A stretch of DNA of 63,229 nt, counting the filler, from Calcarisporiella thermophila CBS 279.70 (taxonomy: Eukaryota; Fungi; Calcarisporiellomycota): NCBI RefSeq assembly GCF_041956535.1. It is 7 parts of 4 records of this genome, joined end to end, with 100 filler letters (N's around TTAATTAATTAA, not from the genome) between each part and the next. Parts side by side here need not be neighbours in the genome. Positions count along the whole stretch, not along the records: positions 26,708 to 33,383 come from NW_027192212.1; positions 33,484 to 47,521 come from NW_027192238.1; 5 more parts are not named here. One strand, 5' to 3'. A model generated the notes under the pieces. It saw nothing but the letters and a program-made list of their open reading frames with translations. It made no database searches and was not told the origin of the DNA. The first letter of the stretch is position 1. Every line of letters begins with the position of its first letter. This document shows positions 26,708-40,779 of the stretch, piece after piece. Both the position numbers and the translations under genes were made by a program.

Positions 26708-29669
26708 GACTCGGCATTGATCAAAAAAAAAAAGTTCGTAATCTGGCATATAGAAAGTGAAATATTCATAATGTATTCTTATCGACTCTAGTGATTTGAA
26801 TTACCCTTTTGGGCTTCTTTTGATCAGGAATTTATTATGGAATACTTGCAGATATCTGCAGCCATACTAAAATGGTGATTTATTTTAAAGGCTCCATTTC
26901 AACGGATGTCGCTTTGATGACCCCATTTTACTAGCCACATTCCTCTGGCTACTTCGACATCTCCCTCCTTTACTCTCATTTCTACCCACCTTATTCGGCT
27001 TGCTACTGATTCTCAGTTTCCGTTTGAGATTTCTTTTGGCGAAGTAGCCCATCGCTCGTTGTATTCGTACTAGCTCTCAAAGCTAAGATAAAAAACCGTA
27101 ATGATGTTAGCATTTGGAGTAATATCCCTCATGAATGTACAGTAATAATACTATAAGCACGTCGTTTTGCTGAAGTCTATCTTGGACTATACAAGGCATA
27201 AAATGGAATAAGTATCAACCGATAGATTGGCGTAATTCATGGGCTAGTGGAGTTGGTTACCGTTCACACTGCTTTTGGGATTTTCTGGGGATCTTGAGAG
27301 GTGCAAGAGCAGCGCGGATCTTGAAAAAACCATTAAAGCTCTTATTACCACCTAAAGCATTAAAGTCCAAATGTAAGTCAACAGGTATGGGTGTAAACTC
27401 ATCTACACAAATCAGATTCGAAATCGATAGCGATAAAATCTTACGTCCTCCGGTCTAAACTCAGAGTATTTCCCATATATATAAGTGGCTATTTTTTTAG
27501 TAAAGATTGGGCATATCAATAAGTTCTCATTTTGCGCTTCATCCTAAAATATATATAGAGAGGTTAGAGAATAATTCGTCAAATATCAAAGCCGATTTTT
27601 TCAAGATATTGATTTCGCTGATGATCATTCTCAACCGACAAATCACGGTGTTCATTTGCAGTTGTATTCAGGGCAGAATCTAGGATGTGTAGCATAACAG
27701 GCACAACTGCATTGACAAAAGCATCCAGTGTTTTGATGAATAGTATACGTTCATTCTTCATATAATTGCTCGTACTTTCCTGCATTGTAGTAAACGAAAG
27801 TGTTAAAAAAAATTGAAAGAAAAGAAGGCAGTGCTGGAGTTCAAGAGTGCAAAATATATAGGGTGTTATGGCATATCACGGTGAGCCAAATCAGAGAGTA
27901 ATCAGCGTTTCCCACATCTGTCCTCTAACAAGTCTTATTACTAATTTTTTACCACCGGGTGATCTCTATGCAAAATACAAACGCTGTGTTAAAAATCTTA
28001 ACTGTTTGTAGTAAAGGGTTATTCAAGAAGATCTATTTGTGCATAAAGTAGATCGTTTTTGCTAAAACAGAGTTGTATAGTTAGGATTATTGAATAAGAG
28101 GTTTGGTTTCTCTTCTATATTGAGCAAAATTAAATTGCTACCCGAATTTCGAGTTTAACGCGAAATTTGTTAATAAGGGCTCCCATATCCAAGGCTTAAG
28201 TATTTTGTAAGAACTTTTTTATACTTATTTTTGTGTTTTAACTCATTGATCATTCCACTTACGATAATTCTTTATATTTCATCACAAATTTCAAGCTGAG
28301 TCTAATATTGGAATAGCACAAATATGCTTATGATCTGAGGGGCTTTAAAACACTTTGCTCGATGAATTTATATGCGTAAAAGCGCTGGATAGGTGTGTGG
28401 GGTTGGATAAAAATAGGAGCAACGAACATAAATAGTGGATAAAGAGAGTCTCAACACATTTTCTTCCACAGCTCGAACTTGAAAGAATACGAACAATGTC
28501 TAGTAAAAATACAATATCTCTAGCTTTTATAAATTACGGGATATGACAAAATATTAGTTGGTTGCATTATCTTTACAGCTAAAATTCTGGGAGTTACTGT
28601 AGCAGGACGACATATACAATAGTCGATAATACCATAGAACGATCTTCAAGCGCAGGGTCACCGATAATCCATACAATATTGAGTAAAATATGTAAATCAG
28701 TATGAGAACGTTTATCATCTTTGTAAAGAATGTCTTTATTATGTCTTTATTGTCTTTGTTATTCTTCTTACCTTTAATTCCAATCATTCCATTATTTTCT
28801 ATATAATACTTCTAATTTTAATTTTTGATTCCTCACCTGTGTTTTTCTATATTAATTTTTCGGTGAGGATAATTAATGCTATTTTATTCTATAATATTTT
28901 AATAATACAAGACCTGTGTTTTTCTATATTAACTTTAGCCTGCCCAATTTCGAACCACTATAGTTACGTACCTTTGTATTTTAATTGGCATTTTTACTAA
29001 CCACTTGAGACTCGTCGATGACTTCTTATCAGGAAATTGTTTGGAGTTCTGGCCGAAACTAGTCACTTTGCCTAAATCAAGTCTCTGAGTCTTCGTTATT
29101 TTTTCGGCAGTCTGACCAAATTCCATGTCCCAAACATCATTTCTGGCCAAATCATATAGAATTATGAAACATTCGAAAAACTTTCCAAACAATTTTAGCC
29201 AATATTCCCAACAAATGCTTTTTGTAGGGAAACTGGAAAATTGTGGTCCATTAGAACGATGTTCTTAATCGTTAATATAATTGAGAATTATGAGAGAGTA
29301 AAGGAAAACAATTGGTACAATAAGCAGGTTCAACTGCATAATTCTATAACCCCTGCTCTATGATCCCTGGTTATTACATGGGTATTCTCTTGTAACATAA
29401 TGCTTTACCTCACCCATGTTTGATTGCACTTAAATTTGCATAGATTTTCTAGCATCTTAAACATAAACTCAACCCCTAGGTGATATATATCTACTTGGAA
29501 GCTATTACACAATTTCAACATAATATTTTGATCCTCGATATCGAGAGTAGTAAGATATTATTATAACATAATATAACCTACTATCTGTAGAGTATAATAG
29601 TACCTAAGGCTATATTCTTTGATTGTTTTTTACGAATCTTTTATGTTATAAAACAATTTAGGTCAAAAA

Positions 29670-31270
29670 TGCCACCAAAACGAGTGCTGTGCAATTGTCC
29701 TGTGTGCATAGGCAAATGGGTGAGCAGCTCAACAAAATGGAATCATGAGCAATTCTATGTGAAAAAGATAAGGACAAAAAAGACTGAAATTTCTACCGAA
29801 AGTATTCAAAGAGAGAGGGATAGCATTAAGTATGCTTAGACTCTTTTCTGTTAGTCTACACATATTTCTTAGTAATATTAATTTGAATTATCATTTTATA
29901 ATGCTTCGATCATTCAGAATCATCTCTCCTTGATAATACAATGGATATTAGTTATGAAGAGGCCGCAGAAGGGTCACAACATGGGCTGAACTGTGAATAC
30001 TTTAGCGAAGAAGATGATTATTATAATAATGAGAGTGAAGATCAAAGCAATGTAAGTCAAAGCAGTGATAACGAAAGTACGAATTCTGAACCTGGGCAAG
30101 ATTGTGAGTCCAGCTATTGCTTGGTATGAGTTCTTTATTATAATTATGTTTTAACCATGCTATATTACATAGACGAATTGGCACAGAGCCTTATTAGAGG
30201 CATAGAACTTCTTGAGGTGAATGTTGAATTTAGAGTCCCCAACGAAGCTTTTAGTATTATAAATAGAGTAGTAAACGCTGATACCGAGTCAACTTATTTA
30301 ATTGAAAAAGAGTTACAAACGCTAGTGGGAATCAAGCCAGATTCGATCGATTGTTGTATCAATAGCTGTATTGCCTACACTCGCGAATATGCCCAGCTTA
30401 CTAATTGTCCAATTTGCAAAGAACATCGTTACAAAACAGATTCTTCGCTTAGTAAAGAGCGACCACGAAAAGTGTTTCCGTACATTTCACTTATTGACCG
30501 ATTTCGAGTTCAATATAGAAATTCGGCACGATCAAATGAATTGAGGTTCTGACCTTCACAATCATCCTTATTGCATTGATGATTCCTGGTCCCAAGCAAC
30601 CCAAAAATATCGATTCATTTTTGGTGCCTCTCATAAACGAATTAAAGAAACTTGAAGGTAGATCAATTTATTGCGACTTTTGTTTGTTTAGAAGCTATAA
30701 AATCTATCGGAATAGATTCACTAATACATTAGTGTCTCTAATACAATGGAGTATATTAATATATTCTATTTTATTTTACTATTATCGATATATAGATGGT
30801 GTTTCATGCTATGATGGGTAAAAAAAAAATCTTTTATTCTCTCGGCCTACACTATGTTTTGGTCTGGAGATATTCCAGCAATCACAAAACTTATTGGGTT
30901 TACTGGCCATAATTCATATCATGGCTGTCGATTTTGTACGATCCGAGGTACATATCACCGTGATAAACACCACGTGTACTACCCTCCTGATGGCCCAGAT
31001 TTGCCACCATTAAGATCACATCAACAGTCTCGAATTTTTACAAAAACTAGAGGAGGCAAAGAAATATCCAAAAATGTGCAAGATGAAATAATTCGGGAAA
31101 CAGGTTAGGAACTGGTGCAAAAATGCACAAAAGAATATCTACTAATGCATGAGATTATTATAATATAGGAATTAACAGACGAACGATACTTTTAGAGCTT
31201 CGTACCACTTCTATTCCTTGGTCATTTCCGATAGATATAATGCATCTGTTTTTCGAGAATGTTGGTCAGT
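29670..31270 (+). pseudogene. CACTA/EnSpm Tnp2 (Transposase_21)-like transposase relic with spliceosomal introns
   Basis: DCCINSCIAY, CPICKEHRY, IPGPKQPKNIDSFLVPLINELKKLE, WSGDIPAITKL..HGCRFC and FPIDIMHLFFEN; internal deletion and stop codons. Confidence 0.8.
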
Positions 31271-31289
31271 TTTCCTATTTTAACTTTAA

Positions 31290-32420
31290 TCTAAGGAAAA
31301 AAAGGAGTGGAAGTAGGGGTTACTGTGTCAATCCAGTTCTAGAACCGCTCTATTAGCTCCTTCCTTAATCACGCCCAATTTACACCGCCTGCTTAGAAAT
31401 TGTTCGATTTGTCGCTTTTCTCGGGCTCTTATTAGTTCGGCTCCTATAGCCTCCTCAATATCCAGTTTGACCCGATTGATGATGGTTTCGGATGAGGCTC
31501 GAGTGTTTTCAAAATGAAAGGCGATACGATCCCGATGGATTTGCCACAGTTCCGAGTCGAAGATAATTTGAGCCACGTGCTTTGCTGTTCGCGAGGATTC
31601 AGATAGGTCTCCCAATATGAGGTTGCGAGCACTCAGCACCTGAGAATTCTGGAGGCCTGTGATGGTGACGATACACCTCTCTGCCCACTGCCACACTGGT
31701 GTAAGTTCAGGACATTCGAAAAAGGTATAGCGAATTGTGTCCCTTGAAGCGTTACAGCGGGTACACTTTGGATTGTGACCAGGGAATGTAGCGTTAGTGA
31801 TAACTCGTTCTACAAGGATCCGCCATCGTAGAGTACGGTGTTTTGGGAGGGTGGGTCGTTTGTGAACGGAGGTCCACACTTTCTCCCATTCTTTGTTATT
31901 GATCCAACCTCAGACCAGGATCGAGGCACCAGTGTATTCGGCTCTAGAGAGCCATTGCGCTGGGAGTGACGGCCTTGTCGTGTGGTGTATTCCGCGACGG
32001 GCTTACCGGCTAGGTGGCAATGGTAGAGTGGGAGACGGGGGTGGGGGTGTTGCTGTGGTATGTCAGCGCATTCTGTGACTTTTGCAACTAAGATCGGGGG
32101 TAGGTTGAGAAACTTGAGGTCCCATCCGAGAGAGCGGTCGCAGTATCGACGGTGATACGCTCTCCTTAGCTTTTCAGTAGGGAGCATAGAGGATATGAGT
32201 TCCATTTCCGATTGTCTTCCACTATTTCCGTCAAATAATGCTTGTTTATGAAGCGATCTGCACTCGATTTTTCTGCCCCACCGGACAAACGTTAGTATCT
32301 CGTTAAGTAGAACCCACCCTTGCGTTTGAGTTTGGACATGGGGAATGTAGTGGCAAAGATGGCTGTACCATATCCTTCCGGTGCATATTTCCCTATTAGT
32401 GTCAATCAGGGATGTCTACA
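31290..32420 (-). mobile_element. Tx1/L1-like LINE family 1, 3' part of ORF2 (zf-RVT)
   Basis: KHRTLRWRIL, CTRC and TFFECP; homologous to 45110-45680, 49502-50663 and 52547-53328. Confidence 0.85.
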
Positions 32421-32912
32421 GGGCCGAGAGACCTCAGAAATACCCCCTACGACTGAGAGTTTACTAAAAACCTCCCGCCGGTGTCTTCGAATAACCTAAA
32501 ATATAAAGCTTGCTCAATCCAACAAAGTTGTCGAATAAAATTCTTTTGTTTGAAGTTGAATCGATTTGACTCATTTGACCTAATTTGACTAAATTTTACT
32601 TTGTTTGATCAATTTTTTGGCTAATTAAAGGATAATCTAGCGAAATTCTCCTTATTAGGCTCACTACTTTTGGACTGAATATGACGCTAGATATCGATTG
32701 GAGAAAGAATGCCAGTATTGGATGGCTTTGTTGGGTGTAAATATCTTATGGCAAATTAGCTGGGGTGAATAACGAAGCTGAAATTTTAACTAAAGCACCA
32801 ATAACCAAGTAGACTGTTTCATGTCGACTGTATATAAAAGAGAATTGACCTTTTGGACTTTTGGACTCGAAATCTCACTTTTCATGAATGCTATACTTCG
32901 CTAGCGTAAAAT

Positions 32913-33383
32913 ATGTCAGCTTTTTTTCATGTCAATCCTCTCTCCATTGGTACGTATGACTTCCCCATTTCTATTACTCCATTATGTCTATTTTTTGCAG
33001 CCTGCCTAATGCCCTAGTTTCCAAAATTGATACATAGTTGCTTATGTGGTATTTCGCACAATTTTACAAGGCCTCATATGGAATTTCTCCCCATTAGGAG
33101 TCAGTTGGATGGAAGCTATGCGAGTAGACAAGCGTATGCCTGAATACCCAAACAAAAAATACAACTATCCTTTACCACTATCCCTTTTCGTCAACTTAAT
33201 TACCAACACATTGCAAGGCTATTCTATGGGCGTATTGTTGAATGCTACATTTGCAAAAACTATCTCCGAAGGATTTGCTCTGGCATGCATCATTCTGTTG
33301 GGCTGGGTGTTTCACCGTTCGGTAGAGGCACGAATCTGGGAAGTTCGACCCTGGGCAATAATATTAGTACCTGCTCTTGATCA
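32913..33383 (+). CDS. DUF1761-like membrane protein, 3'-truncated by the contig end
   Basis: Spliced MSAFFHVNPLSI|VAYVVFRTILQGLIWNFSPLGVSWMEAM followed by hydrophobic helices. Confidence 0.55.
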
Positions 33384-33483
33384 NNNNNNNNNNNNNNNNN
33401 NNNNNNNNNNNNNNNNNNNNNNNNNNNTTAATTAATTAANNNNNNNNNNNNNNNNNNNNNNNNNNNNNNNNNNNNNNNNNNNN

Positions 33484-33735
33484 TATTTGGTGAAAGGTAT
33501 GAAGTAAAGAGGAGGGGACGAGGGGAGGAGGGAAAGAGCGGATTGGGAGAGAGGAAGGGTTGCTTCGTCACTCCAGTTTTAGTCTTGCTCTATCCGAACT
33601 TTCTATTACCGCTCCGTGACTGCACCACCTTCTTCGGAATAACTCTATCTCTCGTCTTTTACGTGCCTTTATCAGTTCACCTCCGATAGCCTCCTCGATG
33701 TCCATTTTGGCACGGAGGATGATTGTCTCGGGTGA
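33484..33735 (-). mobile_element. LINE family 1, 5'-truncated 3' fragment
   Basis: Nearly identical to 52463-52714. Confidence 0.85.
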
Positions 33736-33757
33736 ATCTCACCTCCCGAGTATCTAA

Positions 33758-34101
33758 TTTTTTGATCAATCAATGGAAAATTTTATTTAATTTCCATATA
33801 TTACATGAAGTTAATGTCAATGGACTTAACATGACGAGATATAGGTCCTTGGTAGATAGGCGTTCAATCGATTTGCGTGGATCGTAGTTGTCGTGAATAG
33901 CATGTACGTGAAACCGATGGAATCTTTGTACTTATCGTAGGAGCGACCTTTTCAATAATGTAGACTCAATTTCTGATCAAGTGGACAGCAGTCACAAACT
34001 AAGAGTAAGTGCTGGTGGGGGAAGTGGGATTTGAACCCACGCCGTTCTCATCGGCATACCAGGGATAGTCCACTACACTAACCCTCCCCCAACCCTCCCC
34101 C
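33758..34101 (-). mobile_element. SINE-A (tRNA-like head with encoded CCA, poly-A tail)
   Basis: Homologous to 42861-42959 and 52057-52392; B box GGTTCAAATCC; 11-bp duplication of the head. Confidence 0.85.
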
Positions 34102-34186
34102 CTATTATTAGTTTCTTTATATTTTCAATCTCTTTTCAAATATCTCCTTAAACTATCTTGAGCATACGAAAAAAAATATCTGATAT

Positions 34187-34271
34187 CCGGCTATAGCTCA
34201 GCTGGTAGAGCGGAAGACTGTAGTGATCCATAGCAATCTTTAGGTCCCTGGTTCGAATCCGGGTGGCCGGA
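34187..34271 (+). tRNA. tRNA-Tyr(GTA) with a 12-nt intron (~34224-34235)
   Basis: CCGGCTA/TGGCCGG acceptor stem, A and B boxes, anticodon at 34220-34222, T-run terminator. Confidence 0.95.
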
Positions 34272-34820
34272 CACTTTTTAATTGATCTTGTCAAATTTTT
34301 AGTTTATTTATATTATAAACTTCATCTAAATTGATTTTTACAAATGTTCGCATTCTTTCACTTGTATATACTCATTTACTTCAATTTTAGCAATGGCATA
34401 TATATAATAATTATTATCAAAAAAATACATACTTTCGATTGAAATTAGTTACCATTAGCACCTAGGAGCTTGACGAATGAAGTTTCAGCTCCTGATATCT
34501 TTTTATAATCAATATCCGTTACAACCATTGCCTAAAATTCAGATTTCCAACTATTATCAATCAAAATCTCACCCCAGTTTATTCGACCGATTTATTATTC
34601 TTTATATAATCCCAAGGAAACGTGCTCAATCTCTCCCTTCAAGTCTGGGTCTGTCTTCCACCAATAGTTCACCGACAAAGATCCAAATGGAAATAAAAGA
34701 AAATAGATGCCAAGGAATGTTATGAGCCATTTTATTACGTGTAGTAGACAGTTGCAGAGGGAGGAGGGGACATAGCGTCAGAGCAGAGAAGTGTACAAGA
34801 TTGGAAATAAAATAAACAGT

Positions 34821-36684
34821 TTAAACAAGCATCTTTGACATATATGGTCCATCAAGCTTATATCCTAGCTTTGCGTAATATTTGCGCACCCCTACTCCTG
34901 AAATGACGCTTATTTTCACGCTCCCATGTTCCTCTCGGGCAATGCGCTCAGCCTCCTCCATCAGCAATGTACCATATCCTTGATGCTGGAATTTGGTTGG
35001 GTCGCGGCTGTGCATGGGGACCACCGATCCGTATACATGCAGCTCTCGGACTATTGATGTCTGCCCCACTGAGGTCAGCTCAGGTCGGAAAGTTTGAGGG
35101 GAGCATTTGCGTAGTCGTAGCAGTCCAATCAGAATATCCTGTTCGGGGTCCTCGTAGGAGAGGAATGTCTCCCATCCACCGTTGGCGGTGTAATCTCTTC
35201 GGATAAGCTCAACTTGGTGGGGGCGGACTTTATTGTGTACCTCTTGTATACCAACTTCACGCGTGCGCACATCTCGACACTCAGTTCCCAAGTCTTTCAT
35301 TCGCTGAAGGGCAAGCTCACGCAAATTTCCGTGCTCCACTCCCGAAGTAACTAGGGGCATGGGGATGTCACGCTGAACTCGGTATACTCGCGTCCATGGA
35401 GGCACAAGTGCAAGAATTTTAGCAACAAGATCTATGAGTGCATTGGGCGTGTAATTCTTGTATCTGCCAGTGCGCCACAGTTCGTAGAGACCTGTGCCGC
35501 GGATAACTAGTGTTGGATAGAGTTTCAATCCATCAGAACGGAAAGCAGGGTTCTCAAAATACTCTTTGAATTGTTCAATGTCTCTCTCCATTCCCACGTT
35601 GGGCAAGTCTGGCATCATATGGGCCACCACTTTAAATCCGGCATCCTTAGCTAGATGGAAAGATTCACATACAGCACGAACAGTATGGCCACGGTTCGTG
35701 TCGCGAGCAACGTCTTCATACACACTCTGCACACCAATCTCTAGCCGAGTACATCCATATCGTAACATTTGACTACAAAGAATAGATGCCTTGTAAAATC
35801 ATAGAGAATAAATTAGTTCATTGTTCAAGCCTCACATACCTCAGATGTGGTTTCAGACAGTAATCTGGCCGTGTTTCAATAGTAATTCCAATACATTTAG
35901 TTTCGCTCTGTTCAGAAAATCGTACTGCTTCATCTACATCGTTGCTAGCATTTCCGGATAGCGCGTCATGCAAATTGGAGATAAACCAATTACGATAGTC
36001 CTCGTTCATAGACATGAATGTGCCTCCCATGATTATATATTCAACCTTGTCAACGGAATGACCCAAACTACGGAGTTGTTCAATGCGTCCGCGTGATTGT
36101 TCAAACGGGTCATAGCGCGCACGGATTGCACGCATGCTCGTGGGCTCGTACCCTGTGTATGATTGCGTCGAATATTCGAAATCGGAATCTGGCCCACCTG
36201 GGCAATAAACACAAATATTTCCAGTCATTGCGATGTGCGGGCATCGATGGGGTTTGCACATAACTGCAACGACTGCAATCCCAGAGGCAGTTCGTACCGG
36301 TTTTGCTTTTAATTTTGGAAGCAGAGCATTCTTGTGTTGTTCAGGTATAGCTGCAATAATTTCTACGAGTCGAGGCTGTCGTTCAAGCTTATTGTTGCGT
36401 GAACACCGAGCTTTAACGGCATTGAGATTAACATCTTTTCCACGTTCATGAGCTTCAATTAGCTCTTGAACGATTTCAGCGCAAGCTTTAACAGTGAGTT
36501 CTGCCTAGAAAGAGATAAGAAAATAATTATCAAGATGAATCAAGCCTAGATTATTGTAAATATGTTCAGTGTACCTGAGTAGGACCTAGATCATTGGAAA
36601 TAATTTTAACGAGTTTAATAATGATCAGTTAAATCAAAGATTTTCAGCATAAATTTACTTACCTTTCTTTGATTTATTTACCAT
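34821..36684 (-). CDS. ELP3: Elongator subunit Elp3 (radical SAM + KAT); 11-nt exon at 36575-36585
   Basis: [46 protein letters not shown]. Confidence 0.97.
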
Positions 36685-37203
36685 GGTCGCTACGGCTCTC
36701 GATCAATTATTGATTTGAAGTTATCAAGTAGAAATGCCTTTGGTGGCTTATTGTTTGTTATTTTTCGAACATAATTAATTTTGGAACCTAAAGACAAAGA
36801 CCTAGAAAAATATTATCAAAATAAAAAATACTACTTTGAAACTTCATAGAAAGCTCGTTTGGCTTTCAGAAATATAAAACCAAGCTATAGAGGTGTATAC
36901 CAAATCTTGCAGAAAAAGTTTTAATAAAAAGATTTATAAAAATTATATATAGCAGAAAGGGAAAAGGAGATTTATTAGAAAAAAAAAGGGGGGGGTGGGG
37001 AGGGGAGTAAAAGGGGAAAGGGGAGGTAAGGGGAAAAATAAAAAAAAACTCGACAAAAGATTTAATTCCGAATTTCCCAACTTCAAGAATATTTAAAGAA
37101 AATTTGCACTCACCCTGCCACTCACAAATCCATATTATATCGAATTTTTTGAAAAAAAAAATAAAAAAATATATAAAAAAATTTTAATCCTAGGCACATT
37201 TTT

Positions 37204-40200
37204 CTACTGACTAGCTCTTTTAACCATTTCACGCGCCCAGCGAGCTACATCTTTAGTTTGAGCATTAAGGTGAGGGTTCGTTCTAACGTCACGGAAAAGT
37301 GCACCAATCCAGTCAGATTGGAACAGTTGTTTGCATTGGCCATTCTGGAAGGCTTCACCCAAATCACTAAAAAAGAAATATAATTAGTTTCATTCACTTT
37401 ACCATTGGCAACTTAATTTAAGAATTTAGATGAATTACCCTACGAGGCCTACGAGGTTACGCGTTACAGAAGTGGAGCGGTCCTGATCTGAAAACACCAT
37501 GTGGATGAAGCCGAACATCGTTTGAACATGCGGGATAAGAAGTTGAGCTAAAATTAATGGAGAGCACATGAGAAACCGGCGGTTCATTTTCAAAATGTCT
37601 AACAAGTTACCCTTGTCGCCACTCTTCATGGCTTGGGTGATCCCTACAAATGCCTCTAAAATTCCATCCCATAGAGCATTTTGGTAGTCAATCAAATCAA
37701 AGTTTGTTTTCTCTATGCGCGTCCCACATGCCTGATTCAGTACCATCATGGTAACATCAAGATATTTCTCAAATTTGTCTCCAATCGCAAGTGCGATATC
37801 GCCAAAGCATGAAAGAATCATGGGCTTAACGTCTTTATGCAAAACGGGATTCTGTAGATCCTGCATCAAGATTTGCATAAAATTATCGCAGAGAGGCGCA
37901 GCTTGTTCTCCGAGCGCGCGACAAACATCACCTACGAGACCCACAGCAATGCTGCAAAGCTGGTACTCCTCGGCATTCTGCAAAGCTTGCAACAACAATG
38001 GAAGGAATGGCTCAAGATAACGGGCAAATTCAGCATCAATAGCTAGTAAAGAAAATGATCAATTAATTCAATTCTTTATAATCACTCAGTTCACAAGCCA
38101 TTTACCAGCGGCAAGCGCCCCTGCGACCAGGAAGCAATCTTCATATACATCTTTCGATGCAACATGTAGCAACTGGAGGACGATGGTCATAATCTTGTCT
38201 GCAAGCGAGATTATCTCATGTCCAAGTTTACGGATAACGTTCTAAAAAAAGGAGGTATTGGTAAATGTATTCAAACCGTTAAAAAGTCATCTTACTGTTA
38301 ACACGCTCAATTGATTGGATTGAAGCTCGGAATGTGCCTTTTTGTCATCGCCGCTCACGAGTTGATTCTTAAATTAAAACGGTGAAATTAAGTAAAAGGA
38401 TAGGTTAGAGCTAACTAAAAGAGATCAACACTAACCTGCATTCCAATGCTTGCTTCAAGTCGTTCAAGCATTGTGACGCCAAGCTTCGAAATTGTTGGAT
38501 AACAATCTTTTGCCGCATTTTGTGTAAGGGTGGAAACAGCTTCGTAAGCAGAAGTACGGGATCGTGGCTCATTGTCAGGTCTAAAAAGAAAATGTAACCA
38601 TCAAGAGGAAACACTTAGCAGGGGAGTTTGAACCCTTACTTCTCAGTAGTCGTCAAAAGAGCATTCACAATGCCCTCGAAATAAGGCGACATCGGGCCAG
38701 TATTATCATTGTCACGATCGGTACCAAACTCCTCAGAAAGACTCATCAGTGCCCACGAGCAATTAGCTACGATCCTGGTGTCTTCACTAAGACCGAGTAC
38801 AAGAGACGATACTAGATTGTGGAGGTGCACCTCGATATTGATGGTGTTAGGAAGTACTTCGCACACACGACCCAAAGTCCAAGCGGCAGAATCTTTAACA
38901 TGATGCACGGGATCTTTCATCATTTCTATCAACACCGGGAGAGCCTATAAATGATTTCACAGGAATTTGTTTAAATCTTTAATTATATTAAAGCGAAGAG
39001 ATGAACTACCTGAGCAACCAATGGGGCAAGAATGTCCTCATTCGGACCGACAAGTATAGTTCCAAATGCCATAACTGCGGCATCCCGATAGCGCCAGTCA
39101 TTGCTGCGTATATGATTCTCCACAAACGGGATGATCGGGCCGACAACAGCATCCTGCACACACTGCGCAAGCAATGACAAACAAGTTGCTGATGCCATTG
39201 CGGCATTCCAATCTTCCTCGTCAGCGTGTTCATCCTGGCGAGTAAGTAGCCAAAGTAGCACAGGCAGAATTTCTGAAAGAGCAGCGCGGGCAAAGTTATG
39301 CGAGCTTCGTTCAGGCTGTTCGCCAACTTCAAGCGCCTCAGCGATTTCCTCGGCAATGTTGATTTCCTCGTCACAAACGGTTGACCAGAACTCAATGGCC
39401 TGAAGCGCAACCTTCTCCTCTTCGTGTTTCATGCCAAGAATTGTTAGCTAATATATCAGCATCAATAGAGATTAGCATGTAAGTCAGACCAAATCGTTTC
39501 AAACAAAGGATATATTACGCCAAACAGAGCCTTTTCCATGTAGAATCGCATTTTGTCATAATATAACTGCATGATTCTAACAAGGCACTCGAAAGCCTGA
39601 GCCTGAACATCAACGCTGTTGCTCTGGGTTGCTTCGCAAACGACCTGCATAATGTAATTGCGCTCACCCTAATCGAAAAGACAAGCCTAGGTTAAAATAA
39701 AGCAAAACACTCTATAATGAAAGTTAGAAAGCACCTCACGCTCAAAGTTTTCCCTAACGAATTCAAGTGAGTTATGGAGTGCCTTTAAAGCTGCTAAACG
39801 AATTTCTTGGTTGGGTTCTTCTTTCCGTGCTCCCTGCACAACAGCAGTCAGGATTTGGTTTGCTTGGGCAGCCAGAATTTCTGGCTCCTAAGGGAATTAA
39901 AAAGAAATAAGTGAAAAAGAGATACATTGAATGAGAGCAAGAAAAATATAAATTACAATTGACTCGCACACAAATCCAATAGCTGTTATTGTAGACATCT
40001 TTAAGTTCGAGTTCTCAGTATTCATGTTATCCAAAAGGATTTTAATCAGGTCTAGCCATTGTCCTTGTCTAAGCTCTACCGCTGCGATAGCAGCAATCAC
40101 CTATGTTTTCATGTCAACGTTTTCATATATTTAATGGTTAAAAAGCATCTCTGCAGTCTGTATTTACAATTCACATACCTGTGCGGCAGTGGTTCCTGCT

Positions 40201-40779
40201 TTCAAGTCCTTTGAACCCAACGTCATCAGCACTGCTTGTTTCACCTGACTCCGTGTGTTTTCATCCAGAGAAAGCCAGTTTTGGGCCATTTCTTGTTGCC
40301 GATGATATTCCTACATGATTACCGCACGATTAAAAGATCATCAAATCGGATGAAGCAGAATTAAAAGGTTCTTGCCATCTACCTTTGCCGTCAGTGTGTT
40401 TTTTAGAGCAATACCAGCGGATGTACGTATGTGTGTCGGGGTTTGGTCGTTGGCAAGCTCTTGGACAAGCATCACCGTGTATGCAGGCTAAAGATGAAGG
40501 ATATAGATATATAAATAAAAGTTTAAACGATCTTGAAATGTGAAAACGGGACGCAATTCTTTCAAATTAGAGGATTACATCATTTCCAAAGAAATACTTA
40601 CGAAATTTTCCTTGGAGGCAAGCTCGAGTTTCTGAGTAGCATCTTCGCGGATTTGCTGGTCTAATGATTTGTAAACATTAGATAAATCATGAAGCCAGTA
40701 TCGAAAACGAGTAAGAACACGAAAAAATTAAAAACTTACCCGGAGAGAGTGTGTTAGCAAGTATCTCGGCGATGCTCAT
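37204..40779 (-). CDS. KAP95: Importin beta-1 (multi-exon)
   Basis: MSIAEILANTLSP, QAIEFWSTVCDEE, WRYRDAAVMAFG, VKPMILSCFGDIALAIG. Confidence 0.93.

Noticed and set aside
26900-27785. Possible HMG-box-like gene (NGFFKIR) on the minus strand
   Set aside because: Stop codons in candidate exons and only one weak motif
28835-29229. 21-bp direct repeat and a CCCTACAAAAA CACTA-like terminus
   Set aside because: No matching second terminus or TSD found
34187-36684. ELP3 beside a tRNA gene as a functional cluster
   Set aside because: Elongator modifies U34 tRNAs and Tyr(GTA) is not a substrate; likely chance
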